A stretch of DNA of 64,000 nucleotides from Gemmatimonadota bacterium (GCA_036679605.1 JAZDCZ010000040.1:1-64000); one strand, 5' to 3'; counted from the stretch's first letter, positions 38,119 to 48,649 are shown. Translations and numbers: made by a program. Notes: generated by a model not told the origin, from the sequence alone.

Positions 38119-39540
38119 ATGGAACAATACGATTTGATAGCAATTGGCGGCGGTACGGCCGGACTCGTTACCGCTGCGGGTGGAGCATCCTTGGGACTCA
38201 AGGTTGCCCTCGTGGAGCGGGAACAGCTCGGGGGTGACTGCCTGTGGACCGGCTGTGTCCCGAGTAAAGCTCTGATCGCCTCCGCGAAGCTGGCGCACCA
38301 GATGCGTCACGCGGAGCGGCTGGGCCTGGCGGGAGCTTCGCCACACCACGTGTTTGAATCCGTAATGGAGCGAATGCGTGCCGCTCGTGCTACCGTAGCA
38401 CACCACGACGACTCGGAGCGGTTTCGCAAGCTTGGCATCGATGTGGTGTTTGGAAACGCGACGGTGAAAACCCCCCGCGATGTGGTGGTCGACGGTCGGA
38501 CGCTTTCTTCCCCACGGCTGGTGGTCGCGACGGGATCCTCGCCGGCGGTACCTCCGATTCCCGGTCTTGCCGAAGCGGGATATCTGACCCATCTCGACGC
38601 GTTCGACCAGAACACGCTTCCGAGTAGGATCGCGGTTCTTGGAGCGGGCCCCATCGGGCTCGAGTTTGCCCAGGTCTACGCACGTCTCGGAGCGAAGGTC
38701 ACGGTCTTCGAAATGTTCCCGAGGGCCTTGCCGCGCGAAGACGCTGAGGCGAGTCAGGCGATCCTCAAAGCTCTTGTGGCGGAGGGAATCACAATTCACA
38801 CGGGCACGAAAGTGGAAAGTGTTGGGAGCGGAGCCGGCGCCAAGTCGGTACAAGGCCGAACGCAAAGTGGAGAGGAAATCTGCGAGGACGTTGACGAAGT
38901 ATTTGTCGCGACGGGCAGACGTCCCAACGGACTCGGTCTGGGGCTCGAATCCATTGGAGTGGAGCTGAGTAATGGGGCGGTTAAGGTCGATGCATCCCTC
39001 AGGTCCACGGTACCGGGAATCTGGGCCGCCGGCGATGTGGCTGGTGGTCTTCAATTCACGCACGTGGCGGACTACCAGGCTAAGCTCGTGCTGCGCAACT
39101 CTGTATTCCCGTTTTCGTCGAAGGCCAATTACGACGCGGTACCGTGGGTCACCTACACCGATCCCGAAGTAGCGCGTGTCGGACTGACCGAAGATGAGGC
39201 GAGTCAACGAGAGAAAAGCGTAAAGGTGTATCGTTACGATTTCGCAGACCTGGACAGAGCCATAGTGGACGGTCACGATAACGGGTTTGTAAAGATCGTC
39301 ACCAGAGCAAACGGCAAGATCCTGGGAGCGAGTATCGTAGCATCCGGTGCAGGGGAACTGATCATGTCGATAGTCATTGCAATGCAGAATGGAATACCGT
39401 TGAAGAAATTGTCGCGGGCGGTCTTTCCGTACCCGACAATGGCTGAGGGGATAAAGCGGACAGCCGACAGTTACTATCGAGAGAAGTTTGCCGGACGGAG
39501 CGGCGATATGTTGCGGCAAGTTGTGCGATGGCTCAAGTAG
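38119..39540 (+). CDS. Pyridine nucleotide-disulfide oxidoreductase (mercuric reductase/dihydrolipoamide dehydrogenase-like)
   Basis: IGGGTAG, GGDCLWTGCVPSK, GAGPIGLE, WAAGD, YTDPE, FPYPT. Confidence 0.93.
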   Translation: MEQYDLIAIGGGTAGLVTAAGGASLGLKVALVEREQLGGDCLWTGCVPSKALIASAKLAHQMRHAERLGLAGASPHHVFESVMERMRAARATVAHHDDSERFRKLGIDVVFGNATVKTPRDVVVDGRTLSSPRLVVATGSSPAVPPIPGLAEAGYLTHLDAFDQNTLPSRIAVLGAGPIGLEFAQVYARLGAKVTVFEMFPRALPREDAEASQAILKALVAEGITIHTGTKVESVGSGAGAKSVQGRTQSGEEICEDVDEVFVATGRRPNGLGLGLESIGVELSNGAVKVDASLRSTVPGIWAAGDVAGGLQFTHVADYQAKLVLRNSVFPFSSKANYDAVPWVTYTDPEVARVGLTEDEASQREKSVKVYRYDFADLDRAIVDGHDNGFVKIVTRANGKILGASIVASGAGELIMSIVIAMQNGIPLKKLSRAVFPYPTMAEGIKRTADSYYREKFAGRSGDMLRQVVRWLK

Positions 39541-40226
39541 CACACGGGCGAAGGTACATCAAGTTGGCCGCCTTGGTGATGGTCCTTGTTGCAGCCGCAG
39601 CGATAGTAAAGTTCACCCCATTCGGGAGCCACTTTACGCGGGACGGAGTGATCGCTGCATTGGGCGCAGCGCGTGGATCTCTTTGGGCACCGTTGGTGTT
39701 CGTGCTCGCCTACGCTGCGGCAACGGCGTTCGCGCTTCCGGGGTCGTTGCTGACAATAGCGGGGGGAGCCGTCTTCGGTTTTGGATGGGGAAGCCTACTC
39801 AATTCGATCGGCGCCAATATCGGAGCTAGCGCCGCCTTCGGAATGTCACGATTCCTGGGCCGTGAGGGTATCGAGGGTTTGGTGGGCGCCAGACTCGATG
39901 GTTTGAACAAGGCTACTGCACAGCACGGTTTCATGGGGCTCCTGATCCTGCGACTCATTCCGCTCGTCCCGTTCAATGCATTGAACTTTGGTTCTGGCCT
40001 TACGGCGATGCGCTGGCGCGATTACATATTGGCCACCGTTGTGGGTATCCTGCCGGGCACTCTGGTGTATACTTTTTTTGCGGATGCCTTGGTACAGGGC
40101 TCGACCGCCGCCAGCGAGACGGCACGCACTAGAATGTGGATCGCCGCAGGACTTTTCCTTGCGCTCTCGTTGGTGCCATTGATCGCTCGACGACTCGGCT
40201 TCGGAGAGCCAAGGAGTTCATCTTGA
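39528..40226 (+). CDS. TVP38/TMEM64 (DedA/VTT) membrane protein
   Basis: PGSLLTIAGGAVFG, LRLIPLVPFNALN, GILPGT. Confidence 0.92.
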   Translation: MAQVAHGRRYIKLAALVMVLVAAAAIVKFTPFGSHFTRDGVIAALGAARGSLWAPLVFVLAYAAATAFALPGSLLTIAGGAVFGFGWGSLLNSIGANIGASAAFGMSRFLGREGIEGLVGARLDGLNKATAQHGFMGLLILRLIPLVPFNALNFGSGLTAMRWRDYILATVVGILPGTLVYTFFADALVQGSTAASETARTRMWIAAGLFLALSLVPLIARRLGFGEPRSSS

Positions 40227-41047
40227 AAGGTTCAGCCATCAAGTGTTCTTGTGTCTTAACCATGTTGGTGGTTTCGGCTGTTTCGCTGGTCGCGCAGTCG
40301 TTACCAGATCACGCGGCATTCGAAAGCGTGTTGCAGCGTCACGTTCATGGCAAATTATTCGATTATGGCGCTTTGGCTGCGAACCCCGCAGACCTCGATC
40401 AATATCTCTCTCAACTTGGCGGCACCGGCGAGACAGCCCTCTCTGCGTCCGGGCGACATGACCAGCTCGCGTTCTGGATCAACGCATACAATGCCTGCGC
40501 GCTCAAGTTGGTGGCAGAACACTATCCGATAAAGAAGGCAGGCCTGGCCGCTTCGCTGGTCAATTCCCTCAAAGGTGTGCCGGCCAATTCCATTCGTCAG
40601 ATACCAAGCACCTGGAGCAATAAGTTTTGTGGTGTGGCCGGATCGGATCGCTCGCTAGACGAGATAGAGCACGAAATCATAAGACCCATGGGCGATCCGC
40701 GGATACATTTTGCGGTAAACTGTGCTTCGGTTTCTTGTCCGGTGCTCTCGTTCCATGCGTATACGGGAGAGGGCTTGGACGACCAGCTTGACGCTGCGGT
40801 CGAGCGGTTCGTAACCGACAGCTTGCAATATCGGCTCGACCGGAGCGAGCCCGTGCTTCGCGTCAACAAGATCTTGGACTGGTACAAGGACGACTTCGGC
40901 GGATCCGCGGGCGTCATAGAGTTTCTGATGCGGTACGTCGACGATGGTGACGCCGAGTTTCTCCGCATGCACCGAGAAATCGGTGTCGATTACAACAAGT
41001 ATGATTGGACGCTGAACGACACTGCGGTGTTTGGGTCCGGTGGATGA
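40223..41047 (+). CDS. DUF547 domain exported protein
   Basis: LAFWINAYNA, SLDEIEH, DPRIHFAVNCASVSCP, YDWTLN; start uncertain. Confidence 0.9.
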   Translation: MKGSAIKCSCVLTMLVVSAVSLVAQSLPDHAAFESVLQRHVHGKLFDYGALAANPADLDQYLSQLGGTGETALSASGRHDQLAFWINAYNACALKLVAEHYPIKKAGLAASLVNSLKGVPANSIRQIPSTWSNKFCGVAGSDRSLDEIEHEIIRPMGDPRIHFAVNCASVSCPVLSFHAYTGEGLDDQLDAAVERFVTDSLQYRLDRSEPVLRVNKILDWYKDDFGGSAGVIEFLMRYVDDGDAEFLRMHREIGVDYNKYDWTLNDTAVFGSGG

Positions 41048-41735
41048 GTCGAAACTCCTCAGCGTAATCATCCCGGCTCTCAACGAAGCAGAGAATCTTC
41101 CGGGCATCCTTCGAGATCTGAGCAAAATAGAGCTTCAATATGACGTCGTCGTTGTCGACGGCGGATCCGACGACGCAACACGTGAGACGGCTACGCAAGC
41201 GGGTGTGCGGGTGATATCGGCTCCGCGCGGACGCGCTGCGCAATTGAATGCGGGGGCGGCGGCAGCCGGCGGAGAGTGGCTCTGCTTTCTCCATGCCGAT
41301 GTGCGGATGTCGGATTCAGCACGTCTGGCTCTGGAGGAGGTTGTTTCGGACACTCGAACCGACGCCGCCGTGTGGCGTTTCGCAGTGGACGGATCCGGCT
41401 TGTGGTTTCGACTCGTGGAATTCGGGGCACTGCTGCGTGACCGCCTAGCGGGACTCTCCTATGGCGATCAAGGATTATTGGTGCGGCGCGATCTCTTCTT
41501 TGCGGTGGGCGGTTTTCCCCAGATTCCCGTTATGGAAGATGTGGCGATCGTGCGCGCGCTGAGGAGTCGAGTACGGATCAAGCGTCTTAGCGCTCCGCTC
41601 CTGGTGTCGGCGCGGCGCTGGCATCGAGAGGGACCCGTTCGCACCTGGCTTCGGAATGTTGCCTTGGTCATGGCCTATCTGGTCGGCGTTTCCCCCGAGC
41701 GCCTGGCCCACTGGTATCGACCGGAATCCGGGTGA
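41040..41735 (+). CDS. GT2 glycosyltransferase, TIGR04283-like
   Basis: SVIIPALNE, VVDGGSDD, GRAAQLNAGA, FLHAD, YGDQGL, MED, SARRW. Confidence 0.9.
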   Translation: MDESKLLSVIIPALNEAENLPGILRDLSKIELQYDVVVVDGGSDDATRETATQAGVRVISAPRGRAAQLNAGAAAAGGEWLCFLHADVRMSDSARLALEEVVSDTRTDAAVWRFAVDGSGLWFRLVEFGALLRDRLAGLSYGDQGLLVRRDLFFAVGGFPQIPVMEDVAIVRALRSRVRIKRLSAPLLVSARRWHREGPVRTWLRNVALVMAYLVGVSPERLAHWYRPESG

Positions 41736-42316
41736 CCAAGGTCTTGCTGTTCGCAAAGGCTCCCCGTGCGGGCTTCGTGAAAACGAGGCTGGCGAGGGAT
41801 GTCGGAGAGCGCCGAGCCGTCCAGCTATATCGGTTGGTGGGAGAGAAAGTCGCCTCGAGCGTGGCCCGCCGATATCCCATGGAAATTTGGTACGACCCGC
41901 CGGATGCGCTGGAAGAGATGAGATCCTGGTTGGGCGATCACAACTTCCAGCCGCAGGCAAGCGGTGATCTAGGCGCCCGGTTGAGGCACGCCTTCGAGGT
42001 CCACTTCGCCGATTCGAGCCTCCCGGCCGTGGCGATCGGAGCCGACGCCCCCGATCTAGGGGCGTCTACCATAGACTCCGCGGCCAGGGCGTTACAGGAT
42101 GTCCCGGTTGTGCTTGGTCCAGCCGTTGACGGTGGCTACTACCTCCTGGGTCTGACGTGCCCGCAGCCGGAACTTTTCGAGAACATTCCATGGAGTACCC
42201 CTAATGTGTGCCAGATCACTTTAGATATCTGCAAACGGTTGCATCTTGAGGTTGTGAAGCTCGGAACTCTCCGGGATCTGGACACGGCCGACGATTTGGA
42301 GTTTTTCGGTCTTTGA
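41732..42316 (+). CDS. DUF2064/TIGR04282-like glycosyltransferase A
   Basis: FAKAPRAGFVKTRL, GDLGARL, IGADAP, LGPAVDGGYYL, IPWST, DLDT. Confidence 0.9.
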   Translation: MTKVLLFAKAPRAGFVKTRLARDVGERRAVQLYRLVGEKVASSVARRYPMEIWYDPPDALEEMRSWLGDHNFQPQASGDLGARLRHAFEVHFADSSLPAVAIGADAPDLGASTIDSAARALQDVPVVLGPAVDGGYYLLGLTCPQPELFENIPWSTPNVCQITLDICKRLHLEVVKLGTLRDLDTADDLEFFGL

Positions 42317-42391
42317 CTACTTGACCGACTCGCTGAGGGGGGCCCATATTCAATTCCCCCCGTACGTTCAGACAGCAGAGGAATCGAGCCT

Positions 42392-42631
42392 ATGGCGTGG
42401 AGAGTGATCGACACGGATGGTGAGCTTTGGCATGTCCAGGCGGCAGCGGAGCGCCGAGCCGATGCCAATATCTGGCAGCTCGCGCTTTCCTTTCGCGCCC
42501 CGGGCTCGGAAAAGAGCGCGATTTGGGCGCAATTCCCACTGGAGGCGGTTTCGAAATCGTCTCTGTACCGGGCGGCCGAAAGTATCTCGGACGACGCGCT
42601 CAAAGAACTCCTGGCTCAGCACATTAGCTGA
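42392..42631 (+). CDS. Hypothetical protein
   Basis: GAGG RBS; protein-like composition; first of a same-strand run. Confidence 0.65.
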   Translation: MAWRVIDTDGELWHVQAAAERRADANIWQLALSFRAPGSEKSAIWAQFPLEAVSKSSLYRAAESISDDALKELLAQHIS

Positions 42632-42651
42632 GCCTGTCCCGACAATCCATT

Positions 42652-42909
42652 GTGTCAATTGCCCCCGTCCAGGATCTTCGCCGAATAGCCGAAGCAGTAG
42701 GCCAGCTCAGCGGATGTACCGTAGATGGAGTCGAGATCAGGTCCGATTGTCGTCTTCTGCGGATCAGTCTGGAGGAGGGTCGAATTCTTCTTGTCTCGGT
42801 CTTGTTGGATGAAATGGGCAAGCCTCGTCTAGACGTGGACTTTCTGATAGCGCCCGAGGAGGTTTCGCATCGCCAGCTCGAGGTACCGTTCGAGGTCGAA
42901 GAAGAGTGA
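42652..42909 (+). CDS. Hypothetical protein
   Basis: Stop overlaps the next start; protein-like composition. Confidence 0.6.
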   Translation: MSIAPVQDLRRIAEAVGQLSGCTVDGVEIRSDCRLLRISLEEGRILLVSVLLDEMGKPRLDVDFLIAPEEVSHRQLEVPFEVEEE

Positions 42910-43337
42910 TGAAAGAAAACGTGAGCGAACCATCGACGCGTGAGCGTCTCAGATTTGTCGAGTTTGACTTCGACTCTTTGCCCAACGGGCGGTGTACTTG
43001 CCGTGTCGTGTTGCAGTGGGACCCAGCGTCGCCGTTTGAAGGCACAGCCGATGGACTCAGTTCACCGACGGGCCAGCTGAGATGCGCCGCGGAAGCGGCG
43101 GTTGCAGCTCTCCAACAGGCGGTCGAGGGGAAGGTCGATTTGGAATTGTTGGGGGTGAAGGCGGTGCGGGCGTTCGACTCGGTGGTCGTGATCGTATCGC
43201 TGACATGTCACAACGGGGCACCGGCACAGAGGGTCGTGGGATCCTTTCTGGCTACAGAGGAGTTGCCGCGTGGTGCGGCTTTGGCGGTGCTGAACGCCAC
43301 GAATCGCATGCTGGGGAATATCGTTTTTTCCAGATGA
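42906..43337 (+). CDS. Hypothetical protein
   Basis: Coupled to both neighbours; C-terminal AALAVLNATNR helix. Confidence 0.7.
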   Translation: MMKENVSEPSTRERLRFVEFDFDSLPNGRCTCRVVLQWDPASPFEGTADGLSSPTGQLRCAAEAAVAALQQAVEGKVDLELLGVKAVRAFDSVVVIVSLTCHNGAPAQRVVGSFLATEELPRGAALAVLNATNRMLGNIVFSR

Positions 43338-44842
43338 CTAAGAATCTCTTGAGTAGCAGCCTGCGGGCGACGATAGCGCTCGCTGGAATGGGCGTGATCG
43401 GATGTTCCGGCGCATCCGTGGCTCCGGGAGGACTCGAGCCGCTGGCATCGCCCGCGCCCACCACCTCGACTCCGGTGGCGATTACACCGTCGGCGGCGAC
43501 GGCGGAAGATTCTGCGGCGGACATCGAAACTCTGCAGGCTCTAAGGGCGCTGGAGTTTCACGGTCTTGCCAAAGGGGCTGGTCACGTGCGGGGCAGTTTC
43601 GCTCCGCCCAACGTCAGGCCTGAAACCGTTCCCCTCGCGCCGCGGGGCGGAGCGGCGAGCGCCCGGCCCACATACGACATCGATGTCGAATCCTTCGCCA
43701 GTCACGACCGTGTGGAATACTTCGTGAGATTCTTCCAGGACGAGGCGCGAGATCGGTTCGCCATCTGGCTGGGTCGATTGAATCGTTACGAAGGCATGAT
43801 ACGGGCTCGATTCGCCGCTCTGGGTGTCCCAGAAGACCTCGTCTACATCGGGATGATCGAAAGCGGTTACAGTAACACTGCCGTGTCGCGCGCCAACGCG
43901 GTTGGCATGTGGCAGTTCATGGCGGCGACTGCACCTCGGTACGGGGTGACGGTGAACGAGTGGGTGGACGAGAGGCGAGATCCGTTCAAGTCAACGGACG
44001 CTGCGGCCCAGTATCTGGCGGATCACAACGATCGCTTTGGATCGTGGTACCTGGCGGCGGCGGCCTACAACGGTGGTGGCGGTCGTGTGTCGCGGGGGTT
44101 GCGACGTCTGTCGAGGCAAGGCGATTCCATTGCATCGGACGAGACGTTTTTCCGGCTCTCAGACCGACGGTATCTGAGGCGCGAGACAAGAGATTACGTG
44201 CCAAAGCTGATAGCCGCCGCCATTATAGCGAAGGATCCCGTCCGATTCGGCTTCGACAGCATACCATATCTCCAGCCGTTGGTCTTCGACGAGATTAGCG
44301 TGCCGGATGCCACTGGGTTGGACGTGCTGGCGCGACTGGCCGACACGACTACGAGAGCGATGGTAGAACTCAATCCCAAGTACTACAGGGGCGTGACGCC
44401 GCCTGGTGGGACGTCGATAGTGAGAGTGCCTCGTGGTTCGGGCAGTCTGGTGGCCCGGCGTTATGCCGAGCTTCCAGCGACCGAGCGGGTCAACTTCCTC
44501 GCGCATAAGATCAAGCGAGGTGAGACGCTGGGTAGGATCGGCAAGCGGTACAGAATCGAGGTTCGCTATCTGATCGCAGCGAACCCGGGCATCAAACCAC
44601 GACGGCTCAGAATAGGGCAACGGCTCGTGATTCCGGTCAGTGTTGCTGCCCAGGCCAGGCCGCGTTCCGCGCCGCGAGTTCTCCGTACTGGCACTGGGCG
44701 CTATCACACAGTTAGGTGGGGAGAAAGCCTGTCTGTGATCGCGCGTCGTTTTGGCGTTCGAGTCAGCGATTTGAGGCGATGGAACGACATGAATCCGGGC
44801 GACATACTCCGATCGGGGTCGCGGTTGATCGTACGTCGGTAG
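43334..44842 (+). CDS. MltD-like lytic transglycosylase lipoprotein with two LysM domains
   Basis: VIGC lipobox; IESG, AVGMWQFM, AAYNGG, ETRDYVPK; HKIKRGETL and HTVRWGESL LysM repeats. Confidence 0.93.
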   Translation: MTKNLLSSSLRATIALAGMGVIGCSGASVAPGGLEPLASPAPTTSTPVAITPSAATAEDSAADIETLQALRALEFHGLAKGAGHVRGSFAPPNVRPETVPLAPRGGAASARPTYDIDVESFASHDRVEYFVRFFQDEARDRFAIWLGRLNRYEGMIRARFAALGVPEDLVYIGMIESGYSNTAVSRANAVGMWQFMAATAPRYGVTVNEWVDERRDPFKSTDAAAQYLADHNDRFGSWYLAAAAYNGGGGRVSRGLRRLSRQGDSIASDETFFRLSDRRYLRRETRDYVPKLIAAAIIAKDPVRFGFDSIPYLQPLVFDEISVPDATGLDVLARLADTTTRAMVELNPKYYRGVTPPGGTSIVRVPRGSGSLVARRYAELPATERVNFLAHKIKRGETLGRIGKRYRIEVRYLIAANPGIKPRRLRIGQRLVIPVSVAAQARPRSAPRVLRTGTGRYHTVRWGESLSVIARRFGVRVSDLRRWNDMNPGDILRSGSRLIVRR

Positions 44843-44855
44843 CCGGTCTTTCTAC

Positions 44856-45566
44856 TCAACCACCTCCGCTATAGCCTTCCATCAGCGTAGACGGATACCC
44901 GTTATCCGGATCCTGTCCAGCACGAATCAACTTGCGCACCTTGCTGGGTCCTCTGTTGTAAGCCAGTAGTGCCAAGTTCATGTCATCGTAGGTTTCGATC
45001 AGGTCTCTCAGATAGCGGAATCCTAGAGTGAGGTTGCGTTCCGGCTCGTAGAGTTGCTCGACGGTAACGTGTGGGTCGTAAAATCGAGCTGTCGCCACCT
45101 GAACTTGGGTCAGGCCGAACGCCTGAGCGCGGCTCCGCGCACGTACATTGAACCCGCTCTCGACGTTCACGAGCCGGAATCCTAGTTCCGGTTGGATACC
45201 CTCGCGCAGCGCGGCATCGTAAACAAGCCCCGCCAGATCGGCCGGCACCCGGTACTTGGCCGAGTAGCCGAGTACCGATTCGGCCCGGCTGAGTCGGAGG
45301 AGTGTCAACTCCAGGTCGCCATCGGTGGTGTTGGTCTCAAGCCTGGGCAGGGCTCTCAGGACTGCCGTGCCGGTATATGTGTAAGTGTCACCCGAGTTTG
45401 CGGCCGTTGGCTCAGGAGCCCAGCCCCCAGTCAGAGTTCCCAGCGTCAGCAGCGCGGTGAACAAAAAACTCCCCCGAACCATGACACGTTGAGTTGCTGA
45501 TAATCGATCTCGGTGCGATCGTGCGAACACGACCATCTTGGTTGTAAGTGATTTTGTGTCAACCAT
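44856..45566 (-). CDS. SLT-domain lytic transglycosylase
   Basis: VESGF, AFGLTQV, LALLAYNRGP. Confidence 0.88.
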   Translation of the reverse strand: MVDTKSLTTKMVVFARSHRDRLSATQRVMVRGSFLFTALLTLGTLTGGWAPEPTAANSGDTYTYTGTAVLRALPRLETNTTDGDLELTLLRLSRAESVLGYSAKYRVPADLAGLVYDAALREGIQPELGFRLVNVESGFNVRARSRAQAFGLTQVQVATARFYDPHVTVEQLYEPERNLTLGFRYLRDLIETYDDMNLALLAYNRGPSKVRKLIRAGQDPDNGYPSTLMEGYSGGG

Positions 45567-45582
45567 TTATAGGTATCCTCAT

Positions 45583-46077
45583 CTATTGTTTAGAGGTCGC
45601 CTCGACCGGCGGGGGCCAACTGCCCTTCGTGCCACCGGTTTTCTCCACGAGGCGGATCTCTCCGATTTCCATATCGTGTCCTACTGCCTTCACCATGTCG
45701 TATACGGTCAGGAGCGCGATCGACACGGCTGTCAGGGCCTCCATTTCGACCCCCGTGCGGCCCGTGGCGCGGGCACTAGCCTCAATGCGGACCCCGGGAA
45801 GCAGAGGGTCCAACGAGGCTGTCACCTCTGAGTGGTCCAGGCTCACCGGGTGGCAAAGCGGGATCAGATCGGGGGTGTGTTTGGCCCCCATCGTGCCCGC
45901 TAGCTCCGAGGTAGATAGAACGCTCCCTTTGGGTCCAGAGTTTCGCTCGACCATCTCGAATGCCTCATGTGACATCCGGATCAGACCTTGGGCCCGCGCC
46001 GTTCGCAGCGACTCGGGTTTGTCTCCGACATTCACCATTCTGGCCCGTCCTGCCGGGCCGACGTGGGACAGGGTCAA
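45583..46077 (-). CDS. moaC: Cyclic pyranopterin monophosphate synthase
   Basis: ARMVNVGDK, LIPLCHP, TGVEMEAL, YDMVKAV, KTGG. Confidence 0.96.
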   Translation of the reverse strand: MTLSHVGPAGRARMVNVGDKPESLRTARAQGLIRMSHEAFEMVERNSGPKGSVLSTSELAGTMGAKHTPDLIPLCHPVSLDHSEVTASLDPLLPGVRIEASARATGRTGVEMEALTAVSIALLTVYDMVKAVGHDMEIGEIRLVEKTGGTKGSWPPPVEATSKQ

Positions 46078-47129
46078 AGTAGGCGCTCCAAATCGCCCGC
46101 CAGAACCGCGAGGGCAAGCTGTGGGTTGGCATTCCCCTGCGCCTCGGCTCTCGTCTCCTGGACCCGCTCCAGCGCCCTTAGGGCCCCTTGAACGTTGTCA
46201 CTCGTATCTGACTGCTCGATCAGGCGTTCTCGAAGCTCTACAGACGCTGCATCGAGCATGGCCGTGAAGTCGCCACGCGCCCCCCATGGGGCCTGTGCCA
46301 GGCCTAGAGGTGCCCAGTCCACCACACCAGCCTTGGCGGTCTCGATCAGTCGCCGGGCCCGTTCCGTCAGGCGGCTGTTGGAATCTTCCGTCCAGAGTGC
46401 CTTTCCGATGCTGCCCTCCGCCAGCAAGACGCGGCGCCGAAGCGCTGCGCCTTTGGGAGCCGGCTCGATCTCTTGGTGAAGAAACGCCTGCACCACGTCA
46501 TCTGGCACACGGCCGACCCTGAGCGGTACTAGGCGGGATCTTATGGTCGGCAGCAGAGCCTGTGGTTCTGATGCCGTCAGAATGATCACCGTATCGGCGG
46601 GCGGTTCCTCCAAGACTTTGAGGAGCGCGTTGGCCGCTTCCTGGCTGGCCTCTTGGACGACGAGACGCTCGGCGTCGCCGAGAATTATTACCTTCCGCGC
46701 CGCGGAAAACGGGGTAATGCCCGCAATCTGCTGGAGGAGCCGAATGGACCCCAGGGAATGGCTAGTCATGCCCTCGGCACGAGAGTACAATGGCTTTGCT
46801 CGCCGTTCCGCCATAGCCTCGGCCAGGAGGCCCTTGGCCTCTTCGGTCCGCTTGCGGCGATCCGTTGCCTTCGGCCTCGGGATCGGGACGAACCAGTGCA
46901 GATCCGGATGCGACAGCCCGAGCACCTTGTGGCACGCGTTGCACTCACCACAGGGCGCACCTGGGCCGCGATCGCAGAGGAGCCCCTGCGCTACCCACAA
47001 TGCCAGACGTTGCTTGCCCACACCAGGGGCGCCAGAGAACAGCGCCGCTTGTGGGAACCGGCTGGAGGCGAGAGAGCCTGCCAGCCGGTGCAACAAGGCA
47101 TCGTGCCCGTAAACTGGGCGTATTTTCAT
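46074..47129 (-). CDS. holB: DNA polymerase III subunit delta'
   Basis: GAPGVGK, PCGECNAC, HPDL, AANALLKVLEEPP, LLPTIRSR. Confidence 0.92.
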   Translation of the reverse strand: MKIRPVYGHDALLHRLAGSLASSRFPQAALFSGAPGVGKQRLALWVAQGLLCDRGPGAPCGECNACHKVLGLSHPDLHWFVPIPRPKATDRRKRTEEAKGLLAEAMAERRAKPLYSRAEGMTSHSLGSIRLLQQIAGITPFSAARKVIILGDAERLVVQEASQEAANALLKVLEEPPADTVIILTASEPQALLPTIRSRLVPLRVGRVPDDVVQAFLHQEIEPAPKGAALRRRVLLAEGSIGKALWTEDSNSRLTERARRLIETAKAGVVDWAPLGLAQAPWGARGDFTAMLDAASVELRERLIEQSDTSDNVQGALRALERVQETRAEAQGNANPQLALAVLAGDLERLL

Positions 47130-47424
47130 AGTGCTCAAATCTACCTGGCCTTGGTGATTTTGGGTACCCTGCACAGTGTAAGCTATTTGTTTATAAGATG
47201 TTAAACCCATTGCCGCCTGCCGGTCCAATGCTGCCAAGTAGGTTCATTTAATGAGTGAGCGCTCGCGCCATCTCTGGGTTGTTGTGAGTGGTTGCTCGCC
47301 TAATATGGACCACCTGGATGTCGTTCAACAGTATCGGTGTACCCTTTGGGAAACGTGTCGTCCGTTTAATGCAGACAGGGGCTGGATTGTGCGGATCTAG
47401 GCGAAACCGGGGACTCCTGACAGG

Positions 47425-48519
47425 CTACCTCCCCCGCCATATCCTCCACGTATCGATCACCTCGTCGTTGCGCGCGACGTGAAACTCGTCGAACTGCGCT
47501 ACCGTTAGGCAGGAGTGATTTGGCAGGATCCTCACGACCGATCCGACGGGTAGCCGTGTGTTCACCTTGCCATGTTCCTGATTGACTGACATGACCCTGG
47601 TGTCCGGATCGAGTGTACCGCTACGGTAGTCGTCGAATACTTCACCCATGGTCTGCTGCGGCGCGTCGCGTGGGCCCGGATCTTTGGACAGAGCCAATGC
47701 GCCGGCATCGACAATAGAGTGCCGAGAGCCGGGCTGTGATGACACGACGCTCGTCATCACTGTCGCGGCACAGTCGCGCACGGTGCACGAGCCGATCACT
47801 GTCTGTGTGAAATCGTAGAGCGCGTAGTTGCCGGGTCTGGCCTCGGTCACACCTTCCAAGTGCTCGACGGCACTCATCGCCGGAGTAGACCCCACGCTCA
47901 CACGGGATACGTCTATGCCCTCGGAACGCAGGTGATCGGCGAACTCGACCATGATCCTGCGTTCCTCTTCTGCGACTTGACGCAACTGCTGCGCACCACG
48001 CGCCTCATAGGCATGTCCGGAGTGGGTTAGGATACCGTCGAACGTGAGTCGAGGTGACTCATGTATGTCACGCACCACGTTCAACGCTATCTCACTGTGC
48101 GGATCGACCCCTGCGCGGTGGAAACCGCAGTCTACCTTGAGCCAAACGTGGAACGGGTACCCGGTCACGCGCAGCCGTACCAGCGCGTCGGGCGAATCGA
48201 CGACAATGCGCAGGGTCACTTGCTCCGCCAGCTCTCTGAGTTCGTTGATGCGGTTGAACATCACCGGAACCGCCCACGTGATGTCGTCGAACCCATGCTC
48301 GGCGAAGACCCTGGCCTCATGCAGAGTGGACACGGTTATTCCGGTCGCTCCCATTCTACGCTGCATCCGTCCGATCTCGATGCACTTGTGTGATTTGATA
48401 TGCGGACGCAGAACCACTCCTAGTCGGCGCGCTCGCGCTGCCATACTTGCGAGATTCGTCTCCAGTATGTCGAGATCGAGGATCAGGGCCGGTGTTGGGA
48501 GATCGGCAATCTGCGTCAT
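47425..48519 (-). CDS. PLP-dependent enzyme, alanine racemase fold (D-threonine aldolase/DSD1-like)
   Basis: PTPAL, LRPHIKSHK, HRAGV, SVGSTP, EARPGNY, QEHG, PNHSC. Confidence 0.9.
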   Translation of the reverse strand: MTQIADLPTPALILDLDILETNLASMAARARRLGVVLRPHIKSHKCIEIGRMQRRMGATGITVSTLHEARVFAEHGFDDITWAVPVMFNRINELRELAEQVTLRIVVDSPDALVRLRVTGYPFHVWLKVDCGFHRAGVDPHSEIALNVVRDIHESPRLTFDGILTHSGHAYEARGAQQLRQVAEEERRIMVEFADHLRSEGIDVSRVSVGSTPAMSAVEHLEGVTEARPGNYALYDFTQTVIGSCTVRDCAATVMTSVVSSQPGSRHSIVDAGALALSKDPGPRDAPQQTMGEVFDDYRSGTLDPDTRVMSVNQEHGKVNTRLPVGSVVRILPNHSCLTVAQFDEFHVARNDEVIDTWRIWRGR

Positions 48520-48649
48520 GTGTCCGTCTCGGTGCACGGTGCCTTAGGGTAACGGTTCATGAGACGCACGGTACTACAGTTTATGAAGTGAAGAAAGGGG
48601 ATGGCGGCGCGTCCTTCCCATGCAGGGTTCTTTCTGTAGAATCCGTGTC

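Noticed and set aside
38119..39540. Calling this gene merA or lpdA
   Set aside because: No C-terminal Cys-Cys or mer operon, and no HPT motif or dehydrogenase complex genes.
38110..39543. 477-aa minus-strand ORF
   Set aside because: Almost exactly antisense to the flavoprotein gene, with no motifs.
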